This document shows positions 34,344 through 43,527 of a stretch of DNA of 50,795 nt, one piece after another. Position 1 is the stretch's first letter; the number at the start of each line of letters is the position of its first letter. The notes beneath the pieces are model-generated. The model did no database searches and was not told the DNA's origin. It saw only the letters and a program-made list of their open reading frames with translations. Origin of the DNA: a virus (Duplodnaviria; Heunggongvirae; Uroviricota; Caudoviricetes). The DNA lies in the IMG/VR virus record IMGVR_UViG_3300008262_000042, positions 128,803 to 179,597 of that record; one strand, given 5' to 3'. A program made the position numbers and the translations under genes.

Positions 34344-34586
34344 TTATTTTAAAATAACTGTTCCTTCTACGACTCCCCAACTAGATTTTTCTTTAAAATA
34401 TGTAACATTTGTCACAGTATCTCGTGTACAAATCCACAATTCATCTCCCTTCCAAGTAACATTTAATACAACCTCGTTAGGTTTTAGTTTCACTTCTTCC
34501 GAGCCACCGAAGCGACGGGCAAGTTGATTATCTGTGCAAGAGATTAATGTCAAACCGATACAAACTGATAAAATTACTTTTTTCAT
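34344..34586 (-). CDS. Lipoprotein
   Basis: MKKVILSVCIGLTLISC lipobox. Confidence 0.72.
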   Translation of the reverse strand: MKKVILSVCIGLTLISCTDNQLARRFGGSEEVKLKPNEVVLNVTWKGDELWICTRDTVTNVTYFKEKSSWGVVEGTVILK

Positions 34587-34739
34587 TATGTTATTTTTAT
34601 GTGTAAATGTACTATTTTTATTCTGCCAATAGAGCGGGGTTGTTAATATTCCGCCACCTGACCGTATTTAAAAGAGCAGAAATGTAAAATTATAGCCTTA
34701 TTTTGACATAAAAAAATTTATTTTAGCTTTTTTTAAAAA

Positions 34740-34895
34740 TTCTCCATTGAAAACCAATCAGTTATGCAAAGCCTTCAAAACCAATCAGTTGCACCCAGAA
34801 CTCACCAGGAGCTCATGGGTACAACTAGTTTTTGGTATTGATTAACTGTAAGGCTGCTATTTTATAGGCTAGCCAGACAGCTCGGGTGCGACTAG
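34740..34895. repeat. Copy 5 of the dispersed repeat with IHF-like boxes
   Basis: AAAACCAATCAGTT twice; GAGCTCATGG. Confidence 0.65.
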
Positions 34896-34942
34896 GGGTT
34901 GTTTGGCCTATCGCTATATACATGCATTTATTCAATTAATAA

Positions 34943-36022
34943 TTAAGCGTATTTGAAAGCTTGTTTAGGGTAACAATATATAGAATCTTCAAATTCGAGT
35001 GATCCTGCAGATTTATTGATACGTTTAATAACAAGTTTCTGTCCTATTGAAAATGGAATATCTACACGACCTATTTTTTCCCATTCGGCTGCTGTTGGTT
35101 GTCTATAATATTCAACTGTGTCACCTACACTAAAATCAGTTATTTGATTGATTCTTTTGTAGACTCTTTCAATTTCTTCAAAGCTAACGCTTTGACAGCC
35201 GATAGATACTGTTCGGGTTGTGTGATTAATATTTGCTTCATATTCTTTAGCAAATTTAATTTTTTTAGGTTCAGGCTTAATCGCTTTGTATAAAGCATTA
35301 ATACTAGCGTAAGTAACCTCTCTTATGTTGCTATCTCCTTTGATAGTAATACTTGCAGTTTGCGCAGTTTCATCAAAATTATATAAGCTAATTTTTTCGT
35401 TTACTTCAAATAAAGTTGGTTTTGATTCTACTAAACTAAGTACCATTGTTGGGTACCACCAACTATCTGAGCCTGGAATCGATACAGAAACTCGTACTTC
35501 ATCTTGATCTACTGTAATATTAGTAACCTTACCTATTTTACCGACTGTAGCATTCATATCTTCTGGCCAATACGCATCAAAGCCTTCTGATTTTTCAGGC
35601 CAAGCGGCTAAGATCTTTACCATAGATCCAATTTTCATTCCTTGTTCTTTAAGTGCTTCGTAAGCTGCGATTGATACTGTTTTTTTGTTCATAACTACTT
35701 TTGTTTTGTTTTTATTAAATTTTAAATTAAATTCGGGTTGAACCTTTTCAACTAATTGCATTTCTTGATCATAATCAGTATTTGATTGGGTTTTTCTAAT
35801 TTCTGTAATTTCCCAATTTTCATTGGCTACTGCATCAAAGACAAGTGAATTGTAGTGGTACCCTCCTAAACAGCCTTTACAAATCTCGACTGAACCAACT
35901 CTAAAGTAGAGAGTGTCAGGTAATTCGCTTATATAATGCTTAGGATTCGTATACCACTCTCCTACTTTAAATTCTTTGAGCTGTCTTCCTATGTCGTCTA
36001 CTAGTAGTGGACTATATTTCAT
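34943..36022 (-). CDS. Multi-module hypothetical protein; probable fusion of two genes (second start 35692)
   Basis: Linker QPEFNLKFNKNKTKVVM is encoded by intergenic-like A-rich sequence; carries family B and C modules. Confidence 0.6.
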   Translation of the reverse strand: MKYSPLLVDDIGRQLKEFKVGEWYTNPKHYISELPDTLYFRVGSVEICKGCLGGYHYNSLVFDAVANENWEITEIRKTQSNTDYDQEMQLVEKVQPEFNLKFNKNKTKVVMNKKTVSIAAYEALKEQGMKIGSMVKILAAWPEKSEGFDAYWPEDMNATVGKIGKVTNITVDQDEVRVSVSIPGSDSWWYPTMVLSLVESKPTLFEVNEKISLYNFDETAQTASITIKGDSNIREVTYASINALYKAIKPEPKKIKFAKEYEANINHTTRTVSIGCQSVSFEEIERVYKRINQITDFSVGDTVEYYRQPTAAEWEKIGRVDIPFSIGQKLVIKRINKSAGSLEFEDSIYCYPKQAFKYA

Positions 36023-36032
36023 AGCTAATTGT

Positions 36033-36290
36033 TTAAATATTAAAAATGAATTCAGGTTCTGATTTACTGGCTAGTTTGAAGTGCCTTTGTCTGAAATTCC
36101 AATCCCAATAATTAATATCCTCTGCGCCTTTAACCTCCTCGAATTGTGCACGATCTCCATTTTGACCTATACGCGATATGGTTAATTCTAAACCGATGTA
36201 TTTATCCATTTTACCCTCATTGTTCCAATTTAGAACACTCTTTGTTATAATAACTCTGTCCCCAACTTTAGGGATATATTCTGCTGACAT
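36033..36290 (-). CDS. Family C protein (SH3-like, EPEFIFNI tail)
   Basis: PKVGDRV...; shared tail. Confidence 0.7.
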   Translation of the reverse strand: MSAEYIPKVGDRVIITKSVLNWNNEGKMDKYIGLELTISRIGQNGDRAQFEEVKGAEDINYWDWNFRQRHFKLASKSEPEFIFNI

Positions 36291-36301
36291 ATGATTTATT
36301 G

Positions 36302-36565
36302 TTAAAGATTAAAAATAAATTCTGGTTCTGACTGTTCGCATGGAATAGTCTCAGCTACAGTTACAAATATTCGATTATTTTCCCAATTCTTATTAGTGTA
36401 AGCAACTGGTTTTCCGTACTCATCGTGCCAATATTTCAGTACATCTCCACTATGCTTGCCTTCCGGACCTTCAATAACACAACTCGTACCTGATCTTGTA
36501 TATCCTAAAAGTGTATGTATTTTTCCTCTATATAAAACCTTGCTTCCTAGCTTTAATTTTTTCAT
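36302..36565 (-). CDS. Family C protein
   Basis: Start revised to MKKLKLG; EPEFIFNL tail. Confidence 0.65.
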   Translation of the reverse strand: MKKLKLGSKVLYRGKIHTLLGYTRSGTSCVIEGPEGKHSGDVLKYWHDEYGKPVAYTNKNWENNRIFVTVAETIPCEQSEPEFIFNL

Positions 36566-36575
36566 AGCTAATTGT

Positions 36576-36806
36576 TTAAATATTAAAAATAAATTCGGGT
36601 TCTGCCTTTTCAATAAGTCTGAAGCATTGTTTTGGATAAAAATATTGGTCTTCGAACATTAATGCGCTAGAATGTGGACATATTGCTTTAACTTCTTTAT
36701 GATCGCCTATTTGAAATCTTATAGCAATTTCTCCTACGCCTACCCAATCTTCATACGTTGGTTCTTTGTAGTACTCTACGATATCGCCTACTTTAAATGG
36801 TTCCAT
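36576..36806 (-). CDS. Family C protein
   Basis: Start revised to MEPFKVGD; near-duplicate of 36817. Confidence 0.7.
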   Translation of the reverse strand: MEPFKVGDIVEYYKEPTYEDWVGVGEIAIRFQIGDHKEVKAICPHSSALMFEDQYFYPKQCFRLIEKAEPEFIFNI

Positions 36807-36816
36807 AGCTAATAGT

Positions 36817-37047
36817 TTAAATATTAAAAATAAATGCTGGTTCCGGTTGTTCGACGAGTCTGAAGCATTGTTTTGGATAGTAGTAATAATCGTCAAATTT
36901 GAGAGCTCCCGTTTTCGAACTTACCTCGCATACCGTTAATATACTACCTATTTTAAATGGTATACTAATTTCACCTACGCCTACCCAATCTCTTCCTGTT
37001 GGCGTCTTATAGTATTCTACAATATCACCTACTTTAAATTTAGACAT
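36817..37047 (-). CDS. Family C protein
   Basis: FKVGDIVEYYK.PT..DW...YPKQCFRL...EPAFIFNI. Confidence 0.7.
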   Translation of the reverse strand: MSKFKVGDIVEYYKTPTGRDWVGVGEISIPFKIGSILTVCEVSSKTGALKFDDYYYYPKQCFRLVEQPEPAFIFNI

Positions 37048-37105
37048 ATAAATAGTAATTTAAAAAAGCCCCTTATATTTCAAAGGGGCTTTGTGTGAAG
37101 AAATA

Positions 37106-37564
37106 TTATACCAATCCTTTGTTCGCCATCTTTTTCATTAGAATAGCTTTACGATCTTCCTTGTCAAGAAGTTCTTCCCACTCTTTCTTCAATTCGTTCA
37201 GTTCATCAAGCTTATCTTTTTGCTCAATGATTTGAATACGAAGCATACAGTCTTGCTTCCATTCTTCTTCGGTACCACCTTCGATTTTAACAACTGGATA
37301 TTCATCGCGTCCTAATTCAGAATAAGCACTTTCGATAGCTTTAATGCGTGATTGTACGCTAGCAAATGCCATAACAACCTTATCAATGCTTGTTTCTGAT
37401 TTAAGGTCAACTGTCGATCCATCGCTAAGTCGTAAAGAACCTTTAGTCGGAGTCTTATACACTGAATCTTGAATGTGTTTGTAAGACTTAATTTGTTCGT
37501 TAAGAACTGCGAGTGCTTCTGGTGCGCTTGTAACTGTTACTACTTGTAAATTTGTTTTTGCCAT
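37106..37564 (-). CDS. Hypothetical coiled-coil protein
   Basis: 152 aa; terminator-like hairpin at ~37065-37092. Confidence 0.7.
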   Translation of the reverse strand: MAKTNLQVVTVTSAPEALAVLNEQIKSYKHIQDSVYKTPTKGSLRLSDGSTVDLKSETSIDKVVMAFASVQSRIKAIESAYSELGRDEYPVVKIEGGTEEEWKQDCMLRIQIIEQKDKLDELNELKKEWEELLDKEDRKAILMKKMANKGLV

Positions 37565-37595
37565 GATCTTTGTTTTTTTGTTTTTGATTTATTGT

Positions 37596-38279
37596 TTATT
37601 TGTTTTTGAAATATATTACTTTAGAGCCAGTAGGTAATGTTTTTATTATTAGCGTCTTATCTTTTAAAAAGCTACAATCGATATAAAAGCCACAACCTTT
37701 TGCTTCTTCAGGAACACCGGAAAGACCTGCTATTCCATCTATTAATGAGACGCCTTCGATACTACGATAACTACCTCCACTAATTGTAGTATATAAGTAA
37801 GAACCTAAGTCTTCAGGGTTGACTCCCGGTACCAGGCAAGTATACGCATCTTTAAATAATTTCGGAAACGCTTGTTTTAGGTTCTTTTTCCATTCTGCGT
37901 CAGCAGCTTTATATGCATCACGAATAAACGATACTCTTACTTGATGAGTAAACGCGAACAGATTTGGAATCTCTGATTCGATTTTTCTTTTCCAATCTGA
38001 GCATGCTGAATCATATGCGCGTAATACAAATTCGCGAGATACATCTACTGTTGGTTCAGAAGATGACGCTAAAACAAGATCGTGTTCTTCGTAAGAGTTA
38101 ACAATAATATTTGGCCAGCGTACTTCAATAGGCAGACCATCTTTCTTATAACATTTTACTTCGCCTACTGTATCGATAGGATTGCTAGGATCTCCTTTTA
38201 TGTAATATTCACTGGTTTCAGCGATCATTACTTTGTCTCCGATTTTAAACTTTTTGCGTGCATTTGTTTGTTTTTGCAT
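37596..38279 (-). CDS. Family A protein
   Basis: Paralogue. Confidence 0.78.
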   Translation of the reverse strand: MQKQTNARKKFKIGDKVMIAETSEYYIKGDPSNPIDTVGEVKCYKKDGLPIEVRWPNIIVNSYEEHDLVLASSSEPTVDVSREFVLRAYDSACSDWKRKIESEIPNLFAFTHQVRVSFIRDAYKAADAEWKKNLKQAFPKLFKDAYTCLVPGVNPEDLGSYLYTTISGGSYRSIEGVSLIDGIAGLSGVPEEAKGCGFYIDCSFLKDKTLIIKTLPTGSKVIYFKNK

Positions 38280-38365
38280 ATACTATGTTTTTTTATGTTT
38301 GATTTTGCCCCTGTGGGCCCGGTGATTTTGAACTATTTTACTGAAATTCTGGTGCCTGGTTTTTA

Positions 38366-38800
38366 CTATACTAATCCCAATTTTATAAAAGCTTTATTGA
38401 GCTCCTTAGCGACACTGACATCGATCGTTTGACAACCTACTTTGATACCTGATTTGCTGATAACCGCTGTATACTCGGAGTTTAATTTTACTGATATTGA
38501 ACTCGATTTCCAGTCTCTGTACTGCTCTTTAGCTGTAGAAATTGCAGTATGAAAATCTGTGTCAAGGTCAATGACTTTTGTACCACTACCTGGGTTACTA
38601 AAACTCATCATAGGACCAGTAGCGTCTCCTTGCCAGAAATCTGATACATAGACACATGTACAACGCTCGTAGTCCTTTACTGTAAATAAGTTGAATTTAT
38701 CGTTCCATCTGTAACCGATTGTTTTAAGCTCTTTTACAAATGCTTCATAGATAGAAAAATATTTTGATTTTACTGCGAATGCGATTACTCCTTGTTTCAT
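38366..38800 (-). CDS. Family B hypothetical protein
   Basis: LNSEYTA...VGCQTI. Confidence 0.7.
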   Translation of the reverse strand: MKQGVIAFAVKSKYFSIYEAFVKELKTIGYRWNDKFNLFTVKDYERCTCVYVSDFWQGDATGPMMSFSNPGSGTKVIDLDTDFHTAISTAKEQYRDWKSSSISVKLNSEYTAVISKSGIKVGCQTIDVSVAKELNKAFIKLGLV

Positions 38801-38993
38801 AATGAATGTTTGTTTTTATGTTTTTGTATATATGATTAAAAAATATTTCGAAATTTCCGATGCTGGTAAAAAGGACCTAAAGTTAGGCCCCCGGGGCTAG
38901 CCCTTCCTAGCTACATTAATTAGCGCTTTGGCGGGGCGCTAACAACCGCTTAGCGACCTACTAGCATGTACTAGTAGACCGCTAGCAGTATGA

Positions 38994-40349
38994 TTAGTTG
39001 GCGTAGCTATCGGCTAACTGCCATAAGCCTTGATTCAGTACCATATCCTGTACAGGGTTGGTGATGCCACGGGCGGTACGTTCGTTCATTTGGAAGCCGC
39101 CTTTGATGATGTTCTCCTGTACGGCGTTAAAGGTTCTCCATAAGGATTGGCCTTTGTCTTCTACGCGGCGAGTCTCTAATACAGAGTTGATCTCGTAGTC
39201 TTCTACTTGCCGATCTTCACCTAATCTAAGTAACAAGGCATCTACTGCAAATTGTCTACGTTGTTTAGCAGTCATCTCTACCATGTTCCAGTCATTGATC
39301 TTATTGATTACCTTAGGAAGGGTATCTACCTTTGAACTGATCAGGTCTTTTACTTCTTGGAAGGTATACTTAGTATGTCTTTCTTTGAAGCTTCCCATAT
39401 CCATGCTCTTGATCATTAAGCCATTGGAACATACTAATCTGAACAGTCCCATTTCAAATTGGATTGGCCTGCTGCCGTCATGGCTATTCAGTAATACGAT
39501 CGTAGGTCTTGCTTCTAATCCTCCTTCAGAATCCTTTACATACAGATCAGGATGTTGGAAGGTTACGATGTGGGTACCATAGGTATTCCTTAAGGGAATC
39601 TTTGTCTTAGACTGTTTAGCGTCTGTTAATACATAACCCATGTCTTTCATGTAGTCGATGATCTCCGTAGTTGGAGTGAACTTATATCGCTTAAGGTTAA
39701 TATAATCTGCGGGCTTGGTTGCAAAGATAGCCGGTGCTTTTTCCTTTGCTACTTCCATTGAGATGCCGGTAATGTTGCTGTACATTGTTGCTTGTCTTGC
39801 CATAACTCTTATTGTTTTTGTTTTAGCTCGTTTATCAATACCTTCTAAACCCGCAAGACCATGTATAATCTGTATTTTACTCTTTACGTATGAACCATCC
39901 TCCAGCTTTACATATAGATCTGCGCTTTTCGCCTTATCGACGTCTTTCGAATCAAATAAAGCACATACGTACTTATTAGTAGGGAATAACTCAGGGAATT
40001 TGTCTTCGATCCGGGATTTCCAATCTGAACATGCGGCTTCGTGTGCTTGCTTAATGAACTCTTCATCAACTGTATATGCACCGCTGCGGTTCTTTTTAGA
40101 TGGTTTGCTCTTTGTATACGTGGCTGACCATACTAAGTCAAGATCGCACCAATCATATACATTAGTTTGCGCATTATCCCAAAGTACTTCTAATGGATAG
40201 CCATCGTTATCTTCATCTACAGAGATGATCTTACCGTCCATATTAATTGGGTTACTACTGCCTGAATCTTTAGGCTCGTCGTAATAATACTGACTGGTTT
40301 TAGAAAGTCTTACGATGTCTCCTAATTTTAATTCATTTACTTTTGCCAT
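38994..40349 (-). CDS. Family A N-terminal part fused in frame to a DUF932-family protein (own start at 39803)
   Basis: DUF932 motifs APAIFA...RY.F.PT, LLNSHDGS, GLFRLVCSNGL, LW.TFN.VQEN...GG. Confidence 0.75.
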   Translation of the reverse strand: MAKVNELKLGDIVRLSKTSQYYYDEPKDSGSSNPINMDGKIISVDEDNDGYPLEVLWDNAQTNVYDWCDLDLVWSATYTKSKPSKKNRSGAYTVDEEFIKQAHEAACSDWKSRIEDKFPELFPTNKYVCALFDSKDVDKAKSADLYVKLEDGSYVKSKIQIIHGLAGLEGIDKRAKTKTIRVMARQATMYSNITGISMEVAKEKAPAIFATKPADYINLKRYKFTPTTEIIDYMKDMGYVLTDAKQSKTKIPLRNTYGTHIVTFQHPDLYVKDSEGGLEARPTIVLLNSHDGSRPIQFEMGLFRLVCSNGLMIKSMDMGSFKERHTKYTFQEVKDLISSKVDTLPKVINKINDWNMVEMTAKQRRQFAVDALLLRLGEDRQVEDYEINSVLETRRVEDKGQSLWRTFNAVQENIIKGGFQMNERTARGITNPVQDMVLNQGLWQLADSYAN

Positions 40350-40377
40350 AACTTTGATTTTATTTATTTATTAATTG

Positions 40378-40458
40378 TAGTCAGGGCAGGATTCGAACCT
40401 GCATCTCCTCCGTTTGCTTCGGTGTTTGATGTAATCTAACCAATTATACGACCTGACT
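40378..40458 (-). ncRNA. tRNA-scaffold variable-core element, copy L
   Basis: Compensatory T-stem change GCAGG/CCUGC. Confidence 0.72.
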
Positions 40459-40490
40459 AACCTACCTTTGAAGTCGAGAGTCTGCCTATA

Positions 40491-40955
40491 CTAATAATTG
40501 CCGTCCCAATCAACACTTTCGAATCTGGGATGGAGCACTTGATTATGAACGCCTTTGAGATTTCCGAATGTTAACAATACCTTTTCCCAAGATAAATTGA
40601 ATAACTTATTAGCTGACTTATGATCAGAGGTATTATAGATTGCACCAACCTCAGCATTACCGTAACTATCGATGCACCTAACATACCGAGGCATTTCAGT
40701 GATTTTAGTGACAGCTGTTTTTCGAGTGGATTTATATACTTGCAAACGGTCAAACCCGAAGAGCTCTTTTCGAGTAGGTCGCTTCTTAGGTGCACGCTCC
40801 AACTCTACGAGATCATTTACGCGGGATTCTAACTCAGTAGTAAGCTTTTCATAAAGTGCGGTACGATCTTCAGCGCCGTACGTATTAGTCTTTGATGACA
40901 TTACGGTACCAACGCAATAGATTAATTCATTTAATTCTTTAAGAGATAACTGCAT
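40491..40955 (-). CDS. Hypothetical protein
   Basis: Start revised to MQLSLKEL. Confidence 0.6.
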   Translation of the reverse strand: MQLSLKELNELIYCVGTVMSSKTNTYGAEDRTALYEKLTTELESRVNDLVELERAPKKRPTRKELFGFDRLQVYKSTRKTAVTKITEMPRYVRCIDSYGNAEVGAIYNTSDHKSANKLFNLSWEKVLLTFGNLKGVHNQVLHPRFESVDWDGNY

Positions 40956-41011
40956 ATATAAGATTGTTTTGATTAATAATAAGAATAGGTGCTCTTCATA
41001 GGAGGCGGAGA

Positions 41012-41392
41012 TTAATAACCGATGATGCGTTTGATAACGGGTTCGGTAAGTCCGTAAGCGAACAACTCGCTCATACAATCAATAACGAACTTCTCATCGA
41101 TCTTACCGTACGACATAGGGTACTCGTTAACGATTGCATTAACTTCAGCAACCTCACGTTTGAAGATAGATAAGAACTCTTGCGCCTCACGCATCTGACG
41201 CTTAGTACGTACGGGAATAGAGTGTTTACGACCGAGTAAGTCAACAAACTCAACAACCGTCATAGGCTTAACGGAGTCGCTCATTTTAGAAGCGGCGAAA
41301 CGTTTGAATACGATAGGTTCGTTATGTCTGCGAACGACGTTACGAGTTTCTAATGATTTAATCTGAGCTTGAGTAGATGCGAAGTATGACAT
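41012..41392 (-). CDS. Hypothetical protein, probably highly expressed early gene
   Basis: Biased codon usage; promoter-like sequence at ~41465-41515. Confidence 0.7.
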   Translation of the reverse strand: MSYFASTQAQIKSLETRNVVRRHNEPIVFKRFAASKMSDSVKPMTVVEFVDLLGRKHSIPVRTKRQMREAQEFLSIFKREVAEVNAIVNEYPMSYGKIDEKFVIDCMSELFAYGLTEPVIKRIIGY

Positions 41393-41519
41393 ATTTTGCG
41401 ATTTTGGTGGTTGGTAGGTCTAGGGCCCCCTTCCTGGGAGCTGTCGAACACTACGTTGAATATGTAAACTTACGACTATTATTTAACCTGGAAAAATTAT
41501 TTAGCAACTATTTTAAAAA

Positions 41520-41620
41520 TTCTCGATTGAGAACCAACGCGTTATGGTAACCTCTTGGGTACCAATATGTTGCAACTGATTGGTTTCCAATACCTGCCCC
41601 TGGCCACCCCTGGGTGCCTA
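41520..41620. repeat. Copy 6 of the dispersed repeat with IHF-like boxes
   Basis: ATTGAGAACCAACGCGTTA; CAACTGATTGGTTTCCAAT. Confidence 0.65.
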
Positions 41621-42269
41621 TACCCGTATACATGCCTATGGCCTACCAAATATACTAAATTATTACTACATTATAAAGAATTCAATATCGGTTACCTATA
41701 AACACCACTTATGCCTGAATCCGGATAGACCTTCATCAAGCATTCAATATTGTTTCATTACTTTACAGACTCCGAGCTCCCTCTATATCTGTTGCTATGT
41801 CCGCTGATCAGTTTAGTTACTTATTCTGGAAATGCTTTTGTGTCCTCACGCTGTTGCCATTTCAACTTGATGTTCTCTATATCAGATCAACATACTTTTA
41901 ATAACTTTAATTAATTCTATAATGCTCTATGAGACTGCTGTCGTTTTTGTTTCACTACCGTACGATCAACGGTGACTGCTTAGTTTCGCTACACTTTACG
42001 CGTGTTATACTGCTATAAATATGCACACTTAAGAATAAAATTTTACTTTTTTGTGTATTTTTTATTATTTTTACAGCTGCACCAGTGCTGCACCCGCGCT
42101 GCTGGCTGATGTGGACTTCTCACCTATACGTAGATATTAAATTTTTTTTTGGCGCTGATGGTGCAGTCGGGTGTATTTACCCCTAAGGAGTTTTACCCAG
42201 GACTCCGCTCTTCTTTTAGTGATTTCGGTTTTTCCGATCGTTCCTATAGATTGGTCCCCGGGTTTTACG

Positions 42270-42581
42270 CTAATAAATATATGTAGTAAACTTTTTAGGT
42301 GTTAGTTTAGCATACCGCTTTGACTCATACGCTTCTGTAAATGACATTGCACCATTATCCATTGTAATAATATCAAACTCTACCTCTTCTCCATGACATC
42401 TTGCATCTAATTCGAGATAGAATTTGTGTTTATATTTGTTTATCTCTTCGACGTCTGTTGGGTGTAATGGTAATGATTCTCCACAGTACATATCTTCATA
42501 TATAGGCTTCTCGGGATCGGGGGTGATCGGGTAGCGCACCATCCACTCGCCTTGTTCTGTTTTTAGTAGTATTCCTTTCAT
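42270..42581 (-). CDS. Hypothetical protein
   Basis: Paralogue of 45442 (LPLHP...G.EVEF.I...YAKL). Confidence 0.7.
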   Translation of the reverse strand: MKGILLKTEQGEWMVRYPITPDPEKPIYEDMYCGESLPLHPTDVEEINKYKHKFYLELDARCHGEEVEFDIITMDNGAMSFTEAYESKRYAKLTPKKFTTYIY

Positions 42582-42688
42582 TGTTTTTGATTTTAATCTT
42601 CTTCAATATCCCCATAGTTGTTTCTTGGAGAATCTTCAACATAATCAATACCATTGTCTTCTTCTCCGTATAAATCTTCTTGCATGTC

Positions 42689-43498
42689 TTATTTCTTTTT
42701 AAATTGTTCAGTTAATTCTTCAAATGTTATTGAGTTTCCTGATGTCTTCCAATACTCTTGTCCTGCTTTCCATATCTGCTTTGCTTCTTCCTCACTATAC
42801 ATTCTTTTAGCTTGCCATTTAGCACCTCTTTTAAATGAATCAAAACCTATAGCCCAATAATCTAATTGGTCTTTGTAGTGATTTTTAGAATCTATATCAG
42901 CTGCTTCTTCAAGTGTTTCTTGTTTAGGTTTAAATGTAATTGTAGTTGACGAAGGAAATGCAGCATCAGAACCACCTTTTAGCATGTAGTTAGGTTCTTC
43001 TTGTGGGTTATAAATCATAGAGGTAAAATCATCTGTATTTATATATTCAATGTGTGATTTAGGTTCTTCTTGTGGAATGATGATTTTGTATAAAATATCA
43101 GTAGAATTGTTTTGATGTCCATAAATTGGTTCAAATCCTTCAATCTCAACCCACTCACAACTTGGATTCTTCACAAACCATTCTAAGAACTCATCATCAA
43201 TCTCTTGTACGCCATCTTTGATTAGATCTTGATCTGTTGTTAGGATGATTTTTTTATCTGTCAAACGGATTCCCTCTAAACCTTTTGTACAATCAAATTC
43301 ACAAACAGATTTGACATATGAATCTTCAAATAACCACCCTTTATCACCTATTTTAATTTCTTCATTAGAAGTGATGTAGATGTGTTGTTTTCCATCTGCT
43401 GTGCTAAATCCTGCATTGGGAGCAAACAGTAAATTATCAGACTTGTCATAACATAATCTACTTGGCTTATCTGTTGGTAATAAATGTACATTTTTCAT
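42689..43498 (-). CDS. Modular hypothetical protein
   Basis: LLPTDKPSRL, KKIILTTDQDLIKDGVQ and QETLEEAA modules. Confidence 0.7.
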   Translation of the reverse strand: MKNVHLLPTDKPSRLCYDKSDNLLFAPNAGFSTADGKQHIYITSNEEIKIGDKGWLFEDSYVKSVCEFDCTKGLEGIRLTDKKIILTTDQDLIKDGVQEIDDEFLEWFVKNPSCEWVEIEGFEPIYGHQNNSTDILYKIIIPQEEPKSHIEYINTDDFTSMIYNPQEEPNYMLKGGSDAAFPSSTTITFKPKQETLEEAADIDSKNHYKDQLDYWAIGFDSFKRGAKWQAKRMYSEEEAKQIWKAGQEYWKTSGNSITFEELTEQFKKK

Positions 43499-43527
43499 AA
43501 TCTTGTTTGTTTTTAATGGTTTTTACG

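Noticed and set aside
33518-34527. + strand ORFs containing SSQDRIRT / VRTGFEP
   Set aside because: These are translations of the antisense strand of tRNA-like elements, a common annotation artefact
14910-40458. CRISPR array from the repeated GTCAGGACAGGATTCGAACC sequence
   Set aside because: Repeats are dispersed, bipartite and fold as tRNA arms; spacing is irregular and no cas genes are present
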